This document shows positions 9,903-18,779 of a stretch of DNA of 26,954 bases, in pieces. Positions within the stretch are counted from its first letter, which is position 1. Every line of letters begins with the position of its first letter. Made by a program: the position numbers and the translations under genes. The notes beneath the pieces were generated by a model that was given only the letters and a program-made list of their open reading frames with translations, made no database searches and had not been told where the DNA came from. This DNA comes from a virus (taxonomy: Duplodnaviria; Heunggongvirae; Uroviricota; Caudoviricetes), in IMG/VR virus record IMGVR_UViG_3300005289_000054. One strand, written 5' to 3'.

Positions 9903-10493
9903 TTAGAATCGACTGAATATTGTTTCTGAAAGGTTATCTAACATCTGACCAGTAATGTCTGACATCTCCTGTAAACCTAATCCGAAACTCTCTGCTAAGT
10001 CTAATGCTTGAAATAAGTACTGCAATTTCTCTGCTATCTCGTAAGTCTCTATACTACCTAATCTGTTATACTTTCCATCATGACATAGGAAAGTCCAAGT
10101 AGTCGTTTCAGCTCCATTTGTATATCTGGTTGCTGGTTCATCTTCAAAGAAGACATCAACTGCTGTGAAGTCTGGTCTGTCTGAACTATTTCCTTTATTT
10201 TGAATATCAATAGGCATCTTGAATTCGACACCCATCTTTTGATATAACTTATAAAGTTGATGTAACCAAGTATTAGATGGAGAAGCTTGAAGAAGGTGGA
10301 CAGAGACTCTGTAGGTTCCAAAACGATCATTAAAGACAACTCTAGAACCATCCATAGCTTTTTTATACGTTGCAGCACCTTCCAAGCGTTCAATGTCTAC
10401 AACACCGTCTGGACTGAATCCATCAATATTGATTCCAAATAACTTAACCCTTACGAGTGAAGGAGCATATGAAAGAACTCTTTGTGTAGACAT
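9903..10493 (-). CDS. Tail tube-like protein (DUF3277-like paralogue)
   Basis: SYAPSLVRV...GFSPDGVVDIER...KAMDG...YRVSVHLLQASPSNTWL, the DUF3277-type tube pattern. Confidence 0.7.
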   Translation of the reverse strand: MSTQRVLSYAPSLVRVKLFGINIDGFSPDGVVDIERLEGAATYKKAMDGSRVVFNDRFGTYRVSVHLLQASPSNTWLHQLYKLYQKMGVEFKMPIDIQNKGNSSDRPDFTAVDVFFEDEPATRYTNGAETTTWTFLCHDGKYNRLGSIETYEIAEKLQYLFQALDLAESFGLGLQEMSDITGQMLDNLSETIFSRF

Positions 10494-10506
10494 TTATTTT
10501 CCTTTC

Positions 10507-11040
10507 TTAGTTAGCGATCCAAGTCTCGTCAATGACGATACCTAAAGCAGCTAATTTATCAACTTGTTCTTGTGGAAGAAGAACGTTACCGCCAATGTGT
10601 TGTTCTGCATATGGAAGAATTAACATCCAATCACGTGTAGAAGCTGAGGCACTGTAGTCATAAGTAGTTGGTTGAACAGCATAAGCTTGATCAGAATACG
10701 CATATGAACGACCAGATTTATCTGTAATCGTACATGTGAATAAACCACCGCCACGTAAATCTTGTTCGTCATACAAAGCTACAGCAGATAAGAAATCGTT
10801 ATATTCACTGATTTGCAAAAGTGATACTGTCGCTCGAATTGTCTTATCTAGACTGTGTGTACGTTGATGATAACCATCCGCTCCAACTGTAGGCTCCCAA
10901 GTCTGGGTAGGTCGCTCAATACTAACCATACTGTCTGCACCATAACCAGCGAGAACAAAAGATTGGTTTGTAGCTGTGTGACTAATCACGATTGTTAGTT
11001 GTGAAGGAACATATGATCCTACTAATCTTTTATTTGACAT
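10507..11040 (-). CDS. Tail tube protein (DUF3277-like)
   Basis: SYVPSQLTI...GYGADSMVSIER...VGADG...RATVSLLQISEYNDFL; directly after the sheath gene. Confidence 0.82.
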   Translation of the reverse strand: MSNKRLVGSYVPSQLTIVISHTATNQSFVLAGYGADSMVSIERPTQTWEPTVGADGYHQRTHSLDKTIRATVSLLQISEYNDFLSAVALYDEQDLRGGGLFTCTITDKSGRSYAYSDQAYAVQPTTYDYSASASTRDWMLILPYAEQHIGGNVLLPQEQVDKLAALGIVIDETWIAN

Positions 11041-11061
11041 TTATTATTCTCTTATTAATGA

Positions 11062-12102
11062 TTATGGGTAAACTGTACCTTTAACACCGTCAACATAAAT
11101 AATTGCACCAGCAAGACGAGCACGGAATGTAATACCGTCAAGTACGCCATTAGCACGTTGTTGTGATGTTAAATTTAAAGCATTAGGTACGTTGATTTGG
11201 AAAGGAGTTTCATCTGTTAAGATGTTATTAGTAACTGCTTCACTCAACACTGTATAAAGTTCTGCTTTAAACAAATCAATACCAGCGTTTGTATAGAGAA
11301 TACGTTCATTGACAAGTAGTAAGTTCCAGTAGCGTTCAGCAATACGAACTTTTAGCCAGATAGAACCAAGCATTACATGAATCTTCTCACCACCAACAAC
11401 ATTCATATTACCAACGATTACTGGATCAGCACCTACCTTAGTGTAGAACTGTAAGTTCTTATCTTTAAGATAGCCAACCTCTGTAGTTGTGTAATTTTCT
11501 GGTGTAAGACCAACAAGAGTTTTATAACCCCAGAGGTTACTACCAATTGTTACTGTAGAATGACGACCAACATAAGCAGCTTCAGGCGCAACAAGAGCTG
11601 TATCTTTTGTATACATAACGATTGTATGCATCATTGATTGTCCTTTAAGGACAGAAGCTAAGTCGGTTGTAGCTGAAGTGATTGCAGCAGGATTACTATC
11701 ATGTGTTACATAGATCAAATCTTGAGTTTCAATGAATGTTGCAATTGCAATTTTTTCTGCATCTGTATCGGCATCAGTGATTAAAAAGAACCATTCACTA
11801 GTAGCTGCTAAGAGTTTATTAATCTCCGCAACGTAATCAACTGTTCCAGTAGTTTCAACTGCCTTACCAACGATTACCGAACGTACTCTTGGGTTTTGAG
11901 CAAACATTCTAGATGCTGCAATATAAGCAAAGTCAGTTGTTAAGAATCCATCAGAAAGCATAGAAGTTGTATCTTCATATTCTCTGTAGTCTTCTGCAAA
12001 ACGTGTATGAACTGATAAAATTGCTGTTGTCTGCAAATCTCGAATTGTTTTACTTGTTGTTTCTCTTGTAATATCAACCTTTACAATAGATTCAATTTTC
12101 AT
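11062..12102 (-). CDS. Tail sheath protein (DUF3383-like)
   Basis: IVKVDITRET start; PEAAYVGR, WGYKTLVG, IWLKVRIAE and ILYTNAGI motifs; strong SD. Confidence 0.88.
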   Translation of the reverse strand: MKIESIVKVDITRETTSKTIRDLQTTAILSVHTRFAEDYREYEDTTSMLSDGFLTTDFAYIAASRMFAQNPRVRSVIVGKAVETTGTVDYVAEINKLLAATSEWFFLITDADTDAEKIAIATFIETQDLIYVTHDSNPAAITSATTDLASVLKGQSMMHTIVMYTKDTALVAPEAAYVGRHSTVTIGSNLWGYKTLVGLTPENYTTTEVGYLKDKNLQFYTKVGADPVIVGNMNVVGGEKIHVMLGSIWLKVRIAERYWNLLLVNERILYTNAGIDLFKAELYTVLSEAVTNNILTDETPFQINVPNALNLTSQQRANGVLDGITFRARLAGAIIYVDGVKGTVYP

Positions 12103-12124
12103 TTGTTTTCCTTATTATTTATTC

Positions 12125-13285
12125 TTATTGATAAATACTACCTTCTACTTGATCAACACCAAGTATTGAGTAGAGAAGTGTTGCTGTAAATTTAAAACTT
12201 ACACTATTATTAATCCTGTCTAGATTTCTTTCTTTTATCGAATAAGATGAAAAAAGATTCTCTCTAACAGCAATATCTAGAGGCTCTTTAACGCGCTGCT
12301 CAAATTGCAATAATCCATTTTGAGTTGCATTAACTCTTTCTGAAGAATAAAGCAAAGACCAGCAATTCTTTTGTATAGCCCATTTAACCCAGTCCAAACC
12401 AACTTCTTGGTCTATTGGGTATCCTCTTGTTGTCTTACCAGTTCCAACCGTAACAGGATTATCTTTAATGGTTGTGTAGGAATTAGACAATAATGGAATT
12501 TCTTTTAAGTCGAAGACTGCTGCTCCAACTAGTGTTTTATATAACCACTGAATCCTTGATGGGAATATCCAACCACATCTTCCAATCCAAGCAGCTTCAG
12601 GATAATAATAAGGAATGGTAAGTGCTTCTTCATCTGAATAATCATCAACTTCTAGAGTTACAGGGCCTGAACTATCCCAATTGACGATATCTGATACAGG
12701 AACAAAGTTGTCAAATAACCAAGAATCTGTACCATCTGTTGTTGGATAGGAATTGGTTGAGAGTTCAAATAATAAACCAGAATCTGCCTCGACAATTGAT
12801 CCACTATCATATAAAAGATATTCTTCAAATATAGGTTGCCACCAATAAACTAATTTTCTTCCTCCAACAAGGTCAGAAACATTTTCTGTAGTTGAGAAAA
12901 ATTGTAATTTAATATCTGGTTGAATAAGCTCATTAAAGGTTAAGACCTCAATAAGATTCTTACTCTCGATAACAACGTAATAATAATCATCATTAGTGTC
13001 TACCAAATATGCTTCGCTATAACTTTCAGAAGAACGTTTAACTCTTGATATTACTTGCATGTTGCTATTCTGATTGAAAACAGCTCTACAGAAGTTGTAA
13101 AGACTAGAAGATTTCATGAATCCAGCATCTACAACGTCTTTAAGTGATGTGATTCTTACCGTTCTATCGCCAACAGTATCATTCTCATGGATGAATCCTA
13201 TTGTTTGGAAAGCGCCTTGAACCAGAGTAGTTTCTTGTTCTATATTAATATCAACTTTAATAGGCGGCTTTAATATTTCTTGCAT
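12125..13285 (-). CDS. Second tail sheath-like protein with acidic insertion
   Basis: Shares IKVDI, PEAAWIGR, WLYKTLVG and C-terminal VDQVEGSIYQ with the adjacent sheath; about 75 extra acidic residues before PEAAW. Confidence 0.75.
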   Translation of the reverse strand: MQEILKPPIKVDINIEQETTLVQGAFQTIGFIHENDTVGDRTVRITSLKDVVDAGFMKSSSLYNFCRAVFNQNSNMQVISRVKRSSESYSEAYLVDTNDDYYYVVIESKNLIEVLTFNELIQPDIKLQFFSTTENVSDLVGGRKLVYWWQPIFEEYLLYDSGSIVEADSGLLFELSTNSYPTTDGTDSWLFDNFVPVSDIVNWDSSGPVTLEVDDYSDEEALTIPYYYPEAAWIGRCGWIFPSRIQWLYKTLVGAAVFDLKEIPLLSNSYTTIKDNPVTVGTGKTTRGYPIDQEVGLDWVKWAIQKNCWSLLYSSERVNATQNGLLQFEQRVKEPLDIAVRENLFSSYSIKERNLDRINNSVSFKFTATLLYSILGVDQVEGSIYQ

Positions 13286-13296
13286 TATAGCTCCTA

Positions 13297-14667
13297 TTAA
13301 GAAACGTAAACTTCTCTAGCAAAAGACATTCTAGTAATTGCATTAATTGTTATGCTTAATCCAGCATCAGAACCAGACATAGCAACTTCTAAGATATAAC
13401 CACTTGGAGATGGGATGCTATCATTATCAGCAATAGTTATTAACTCATCTGCAAACGTTCCAGCAGATAAGTTATTTGCTAAAGTTATTGCCTTGACATA
13501 AGTAAATCCGCTTACAGGATTTCTAATTCTTAATGTTAATACTTCAGGGCTTGTTGCAGAGGTAGATTTTCCGCTAAACGATCCTTGTATTCTCCAACCA
13601 TGTACTTGTCCCATAATTGGGTTTTCAATTAATCTTCCTGTTGGAGAAGTTCCTCGGTTAGCATCAAAGAAACCAGCATATGAATTTGGGGTTGCTTTAG
13701 GGTATGTTGTAGTTGGAGAAGCAACTACAACTGGTGTAGCTGTAACAATGTCAAATGTTTTATAAGTATTTGCTGTAAAATTGCTTAATGATAATCCAGT
13801 GTAAGTAACTTTAACTTGTCCTGCTTGTGTTGATAAAGCATCTAGCTGTGCTTGAGTTTTACCGAAAGCTTGTAGAATAGTATCGGTAGCAACTACATCT
13901 GTTTTTGTTGCTAAGTTTAGCCCTGTTAATGGAGTTGCTCTAACATCAGCTTGACTAACTGTAACAGTTAAAGGTGTAGCTAAATCTGCTGTTGCAACAA
14001 GACCTGTAGCGCTAATATAACCTGTTGTTGGCTTTGTTCCAGTTCCTCCAATCCAATCAATCACACGTATTACTTGTTGAGAGCTTGAATTATTAGCAAT
14101 TGCTAAAACGGGATCCCAACCATTCTCACCAGAACTTCCTTGAATGCCTTGATCGCCTTTATTTCCTTTGATATTAACAGCATCAGCGATGTTAGTTACT
14201 AAACCACTTACACCAATGTATCTATTAGATGCTGGAGGTGTTCCTGTGCCGCCTGTCCAACCTGTAATCTTTACAACCTTACCGCCACTTCCATTGTCTA
14301 CCAATGCGTAAATAGCACTCCAACCGTTAGTACCGTTCGTTCCATTTGTTCCGTTAGTACCAGCAGCGCCTTTTAAGTTTGCTGAGGATGTTCCTGAGCC
14401 AGAAGTAATCGTAAGTGTTGTACCATTCCAAGAGTGTGTGGCAGAAATTCCGTTTGTACCATTAGCTCCATTTTGACCTGCTGGGCCTTGAATTCCCTGA
14501 TCTCCCTTTTCCCCTTGAACATTCTCTACCATCCAAAATTGAAAAGTATCTCTTGGAAGTAACTGTGCTTTACCGTCATTAATAATGACAAAACTATCGT
14601 TATTTGTAAATTCAGTGCTTGGGATGATAGGTAAGTCTGCAATATTAATTTCAGCCATAATTGACAT
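13297..14667 (-). CDS. Collagen-like (Gly-X-Y) virion fibre protein
   Basis: Three G-X-Y runs (GEKGDQGIQGPAGQNGANGTNG; GAAGTNGTNGTNGTNG; GNKGDQGIQGSSGENG) separating two copies of a GW...W.GGTGT.P...Y module. The start may be the second ATG (MAEINIADLP, 14658). Confidence 0.75.
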   Translation of the reverse strand: MSIMAEINIADLPIIPSTEFTNNDSFVIINDGKAQLLPRDTFQFWMVENVQGEKGDQGIQGPAGQNGANGTNGISATHSWNGTTLTITSGSGTSSANLKGAAGTNGTNGTNGTNGWSAIYALVDNGSGGKVVKITGWTGGTGTPPASNRYIGVSGLVTNIADAVNIKGNKGDQGIQGSSGENGWDPVLAIANNSSSQQVIRVIDWIGGTGTKPTTGYISATGLVATADLATPLTVTVSQADVRATPLTGLNLATKTDVVATDTILQAFGKTQAQLDALSTQAGQVKVTYTGLSLSNFTANTYKTFDIVTATPVVVASPTTTYPKATPNSYAGFFDANRGTSPTGRLIENPIMGQVHGWRIQGSFSGKSTSATSPEVLTLRIRNPVSGFTYVKAITLANNLSAGTFADELITIADNDSIPSPSGYILEVAMSGSDAGLSITINAITRMSFAREVYVS

Positions 14668-15175
14668 TAACCTCGATTGTTTCTATTGTATTATTAGCAT
14701 CAGTTAGAGCGCCTGTAACAGAAACATCGGTAATCTCATCAGCATAGAAATCTTCAATTCTATTTGATAATACTGTGATGTCAAATGTTGCTCGTTTATA
14801 TATGACTGCATCGACTGGTGCGGAGGTGTAGTTAAGGTCAGATACAAAATTTACACCAAGACCTTGCTCATAGAATTTAAAAATTGCATCTTCACTTTCA
14901 ATCCCTTCATGAAGTGTTTCAAAAGTATCTTGAATAGGATCAGTTCCTAAAGCATGCAATGTTAGTCGATAAATAACCTGTACAGTTTGATTTGTTGTTT
15001 GTGTTTTAGTTTTTGTAGTAATATTTTTACTAGCCTTTCCAATTTTTGTCTTATTTAGAATACTTACCAAACAATAAGGAGCTGCTGGCTCAACACCATT
15101 CCTATCTGCAAGAATATATTTAATTGTAGGCTCTGTGCTTTCTAAAGCAGCTATTAATCTTTGTTCAAATAGCAT
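14651..15175 (-). CDS. Tail terminator / tail completion protein
   Basis: Position after head-closure gene; ILADRNGVEPAAPYCLVSI...YKRATFDITV pattern of neck-terminator proteins. Confidence 0.65.
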   Translation of the reverse strand: MLFEQRLIAALESTEPTIKYILADRNGVEPAAPYCLVSILNKTKIGKASKNITTKTKTQTTNQTVQVIYRLTLHALGTDPIQDTFETLHEGIESEDAIFKFYEQGLGVNFVSDLNYTSAPVDAVIYKRATFDITVLSNRIEDFYADEITDVSVTGALTDANNTIETIEVNVNYG

Positions 15176-15184
15176 TGTAGCTCC

Positions 15185-15604
15185 TTAAGGTGTCGTTGGG
15201 CTGGAAGGTATTGGAGTGACTAATCCACCTATCCTTGGAGCCTCACTGTCTTTAATTTTTACAGCAGCGAACTCTACATGAACACCATTGTTTAAGTAAG
15301 GCATGATGCCTTTAACTTCCCACTCACAACCTCGATACAGAATAATATCTGGACTGATTGGTGGATTTCCACTTTCAGCTTTGTAAACCCAATGATTGCT
15401 ACTGCCCCAGATAGCTTCTTTATCTCTATCACCTTCTGGTAGAAGTTTTGTTTGCTGCATTGAGAAAGCTGGTTGGATGTTTGCATAGATTTTAACAGTT
15501 TCTTCTACACCTTCAATGTATTCCCCATGTTCCCATGTTCCAGCAGATTTACGTTTAACGTTGTGCCACTTCTTACCAAATTTAGCTACCCCTGCCATAA
15601 TCAC
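15185..15604 (-). CDS. Head closure / head-tail adaptor protein
   Basis: GTWEHGEY...ANIQP...LLPEGDR...DIILYRGCEWEV, an SPP1 gp16-like pattern. Confidence 0.72.
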   Translation of the reverse strand: MIMAGVAKFGKKWHNVKRKSAGTWEHGEYIEGVEETVKIYANIQPAFSMQQTKLLPEGDRDKEAIWGSSNHWVYKAESGNPPISPDIILYRGCEWEVKGIMPYLNNGVHVEFAAVKIKDSEAPRIGGLVTPIPSSPTTP

Positions 15605-15606
15605 TC

Positions 15607-16107
15607 CTAATCATATCTAGTCTTTTCAAAATTTGTTTTATAAACTTTTGCATCAAAGTTTTGGAGTAAATATCCAGTATGATCTAATTGGAAATCATGA
15701 CCTTTAATTCTTATTGTTGTTGGACTTAATGATTTTTCACCTTGATTCATAACAGTGTCAGAAAATGTTTTCTTCCCTCTTGCTGCTATACTATTAAGAT
15801 AAGAAACATCATAAGAGCCTTTACATACAGCTAAGAAATAAGATTTAATATCATCTAATGATTCATGTGCTGTTTTATAAATACTTATAGATGCATAAGG
15901 TCTTGATGGAATATTGTGTGTTCCATATTCTTGCCATTGAGCGACTTGTGCAATTGGTAATCCTTTATTCTTATGTGTAGCTGGATACTTCTTGCCATCT
16001 AACCAACCGAAACGAATATGTTTTGTGTGTGCTTGTTTTGCTGCTTTGTAAATCGAGTCAAGAACTGTAGTATCAAAATCCATTTTAAAAGAAACTGAAC
16101 TAGGCAT
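15607..16107 (-). CDS. Neck / virion morphogenesis protein (HK97 gp10-like)
   Basis: AQVAQWQEYGTHNIPSRPY and LSPTTIRIKG...LDHTGYL motifs. Confidence 0.75.
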   Translation of the reverse strand: MPSSVSFKMDFDTTVLDSIYKAAKQAHTKHIRFGWLDGKKYPATHKNKGLPIAQVAQWQEYGTHNIPSRPYASISIYKTAHESLDDIKSYFLAVCKGSYDVSYLNSIAARGKKTFSDTVMNQGEKSLSPTTIRIKGHDFQLDHTGYLLQNFDAKVYKTNFEKTRYD

Positions 16108-16109
16108 GA

Positions 16110-16616
16110 TTACTCCTGAATAAAGCGCTTCTTCTCTTCTGGCTCAATAACAGAACAAGGAGTGAATTCTCTATAGTTTCTCCAATCTGGTTTTCTTGAA
16201 GTTTGTCCTTTATAGAACGTGCTATCAATTAAATCCATACGAAGCTCATATTCAGCAACAGTTTCTCTAACTACACCACCAACATAAACTTTAGGAATGT
16301 TCCCAGAAAGCATTGGGTTGGTAACCTTGTCTTTAAGCCACTCACGGTAGTTTTTATATCTCTCTCCAAGATAAGCTTCTTCTTGACCAATACGTTGTCT
16401 AAATCCTTCAACAGCGAAACGTGCTAAGATTGCCCAACCAAGTTTCTTTCGTAATAGTCTTTCTGATGATCCATATTTATCTATGAAGTATTGATAACTT
16501 TCGTCACTTAAAACATAATCCATAGGATCAACATCACCAAATTCTAATCTCAAAGCATGAATAGGATTATTAATTGGGTCTAAATCTTCGTACATTAAAA
16601 TGTTCTCCATATTCAT
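16110..16616 (-). CDS. Head-tail connector/adaptor protein
   Basis: First gene after the capsid terminator; LRLEFGDVD...LSDESYQYFI pattern. The true start is probably ATG at 16595 (MYEDLDP), which has GGAG 9 nt upstream. Confidence 0.68.
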   Translation of the reverse strand: MNMENILMYEDLDPINNPIHALRLEFGDVDPMDYVLSDESYQYFIDKYGSSERLLRKKLGWAILARFAVEGFRQRIGQEEAYLGERYKNYREWLKDKVTNPMLSGNIPKVYVGGVVRETVAEYELRMDLIDSTFYKGQTSRKPDWRNYREFTPCSVIEPEEKKRFIQE

Positions 16617-16649
16617 ATTGATTAATGATCTAGAATTAAATCACTAATG

Positions 16650-16673
16650 AATATGAAAGGGGCATAAGCCCCT
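16650..16673 (-). terminator. Rho-independent terminator after major capsid gene
   Basis: Minus strand AGGGGC-TTAT-GCCCCT followed by TTCATATT, 13 nt after the capsid stop. Confidence 0.8.
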
Positions 16674-16686
16674 GACATAGATTTCC

Positions 16687-17766
16687 TTATGCTAATGTAA
16701 ACGTTACATCTACAGCTAGCTCAGGACGTTTTAGATATGGAGTCAAGTGAGACTCAAGAGTCATATCAATGTGTGTATCATCTACGATACCAGTTGAACG
16801 AGCGTAAAGTTTTTGACCAACACCATTCAATTGAGAGAAGTAAGGAGCTGGAGCAAACAATACTTCATAAGAGTCAGTAGCACCACGAACGATAGTCCAA
16901 CCTTTACCATCAGCAACAGCTTTAGAAGTTGTTAAGTTCATGTGTGTGAACTCTTGCGGATAAGTAACGATTAAGATGTTTTCCCAACGGAACTCACGTC
17001 TCCAACCATAACGAGATAGTGTAGGACGATCAGAAGAACCATTGATGATTGGGTTATTAACTGCTTCCATGCCGCGAGTGTTGAATGCAGCAGAGTAAAG
17101 AGTAACTAACTCTGGATGCGTAATGATGCGATCAAATACGTTGTCAGCAACAACTAATTCAATTTCACGGATTGAGCCGTGGAAGCCATTTAGTTTATTA
17201 ATCTTATTGCGGAGAGCATTAAGATCAGAGATAACTGAAGTAGAAGTTAAGCGAAGGTCAACTGTGTGAACTGACTGAGCAGTACCTGTATTTAAGAATT
17301 GGTCAATTGCTACAGTACCGTCTTTAGGGTCTTTCATACGACCTTGTGAAGCAGTTAACAACATATACTCATAAGATTGTGACCATGAGTTATACATGTT
17401 TGCTGTTTTCTTAGCAATTGCTTGTTGTAATGATTGGTCTTGATCAATATCAAAAACAGTCAATACGTTTTGCAAATCTTCAACATGTACACCATCATCG
17501 ATCTTGATTGTTTTGCCACCAAAAACAACATGACGAGATTTAGCACCACCAACACGAACTGAATCACGTTCTGTCCGTGAAGTCAATTTAGTCATCGGCA
17601 TATTTAAGCCGTCTTCAATCTCATACATAGCAAAGTTGGTTTTCACAGGAGTTTCTGTAAAAAGACCAGAGTCAGCAATAACACCAAAAGCTGGTACTAA
17701 GTTTGCAATTGTTGGTAACAAGTCAATGTTTTGAGACTTGTTAATAGGGTTACGAATAGTTGCCAT
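16687..17766 (-). CDS. Major capsid protein (HK97 fold, gpE-like)
   Basis: 359 aa after protease and decoration genes; strong SD, downstream terminator; EYMLLTASQGRMKD and FAPAPYF...LESH.TPYLKRPE motifs. Confidence 0.9.
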   Translation of the reverse strand: MATIRNPINKSQNIDLLPTIANLVPAFGVIADSGLFTETPVKTNFAMYEIEDGLNMPMTKLTSRTERDSVRVGGAKSRHVVFGGKTIKIDDGVHVEDLQNVLTVFDIDQDQSLQQAIAKKTANMYNSWSQSYEYMLLTASQGRMKDPKDGTVAIDQFLNTGTAQSVHTVDLRLTSTSVISDLNALRNKINKLNGFHGSIREIELVVADNVFDRIITHPELVTLYSAAFNTRGMEAVNNPIINGSSDRPTLSRYGWRREFRWENILIVTYPQEFTHMNLTTSKAVADGKGWTIVRGATDSYEVLFAPAPYFSQLNGVGQKLYARSTGIVDDTHIDMTLESHLTPYLKRPELAVDVTFTLA

Positions 17767-17790
17767 ATGATTAATTTTCCTTTTTAATTA

Positions 17791-18270
17791 TTATTGTGCG
17801 ATTACTTGATCAAGCACTTTGAAACGGTTTTCTTTAGTGAACTTTTCATACAATGCTGCTTGAACACCAGCAGGCAAACTGTAGAAACCAACACCATCGA
17901 AATCTAAGTAGTATTTGTACAAAGTACCACGACCATCACCACGTACAATTGCGGTAACTTTACCAGTAGCATATGCAACTAAACGATCAAAATCATTTGC
18001 AGTAGCTGGGTTAGTTGTTGTATCACGACCAACGAAGATTGCTAAGTCGCCTAACGCTTCGACAGCAGCAGCATCAGCAGGAGCAGCAACGAGAGTAGCA
18101 GTTTTAGCTGCATAATCTACTGCGATTACTGTACCAACACGAGCTTTCTTACCACCAGCTAAAGTTAGTGTAAAGCTTTCACGACCATAACCTACATCAG
18201 TATTAACTTCCCAACCAAAAACGTCAGAAGGAACAACAGGGTATGTATTTAAACCATTGATAATTGCCAT
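17791..18270 (-). CDS. Head decoration protein
   Basis: 159 aa between scaffold and capsid genes; PSDVFGWE...GYGRESFTL...VGTVI pattern. Confidence 0.7.
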   Translation of the reverse strand: MAIINGLNTYPVVPSDVFGWEVNTDVGYGRESFTLTLAGGKKARVGTVIAVDYAAKTATLVAAPADAAAVEALGDLAIFVGRDTTTNPATANDFDRLVAYATGKVTAIVRGDGRGTLYKYYLDFDGVGFYSLPAGVQAALYEKFTKENRFKVLDQVIAQ

Positions 18271-18290
18271 TGTTTAATTTTTCCTTATTA

Positions 18291-18779
18291 TTAGATTTGT
18301 TTTGCTGCCGCTGCAATTTTTTCTGCAAGCGATAGTTCTTTTTCTTGTTCGAGTTTCTTCTGAGTTTCAGATTCTTCCCCTTCACCGCCTAGCTCATCTA
18401 GAGTTTCAGCTTGTTTCTCAATTGCTGCACCATAACCACTTGCAACAATATCAAATGCTTCATCAGAAAGAGCTTCAGTTGAAGTTAAGATGCTTTCCAA
18501 TTTTTCATTATCTTTACCTAGAGCTGTTGCTAAAGTAGCTCTACGCTTTTCTGTCTTAGCTAATTTTTCTTGTTCAGCTTTAGCTTCTTTAACACTATCT
18601 AACTCTGATTTTGCAGCAGTTAATTGTGCTTCTAGGTTTTCTTTCTCTGTAGTCAACTGTGTGAGTTGAGTTGTAGCAGTTTCCAATTGAGTAGAAAGAG
18701 TTTCTTTTTCTGTAGTAATTGTAGATAACTGAGCTTGAAGTGTTTCAACAGAAACGTTTTCATTTGCTTGTTTAGACAT
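18291..18779 (-). CDS. Nested in-frame scaffold protein (internal start)
   Basis: In-frame ATG at 18779 (MSKQANEN) preceded by GAGGG-CAAT, exactly at the protease/coiled-coil boundary. Confidence 0.6.
   Translation of the reverse strand: MSKQANENVSVETLQAQLSTITTEKETLSTQLETATTQLTQLTTEKENLEAQLTAAKSELDSVKEAKAEQEKLAKTEKRRATLATALGKDNEKLESILTSTEALSDEAFDIVASGYGAAIEKQAETLDELGGEGEESETQKKLEQEKELSLAEKIAAAAKQI

Noticed and set aside
14330-14520. Short tandem DNA repeats as a CRISPR array or contingency locus
   Set aside because: They are degenerate 9-nt units encoding Gly-X-Y (GTN) triplets; no repeat-spacer structure was seen anywhere in the window.
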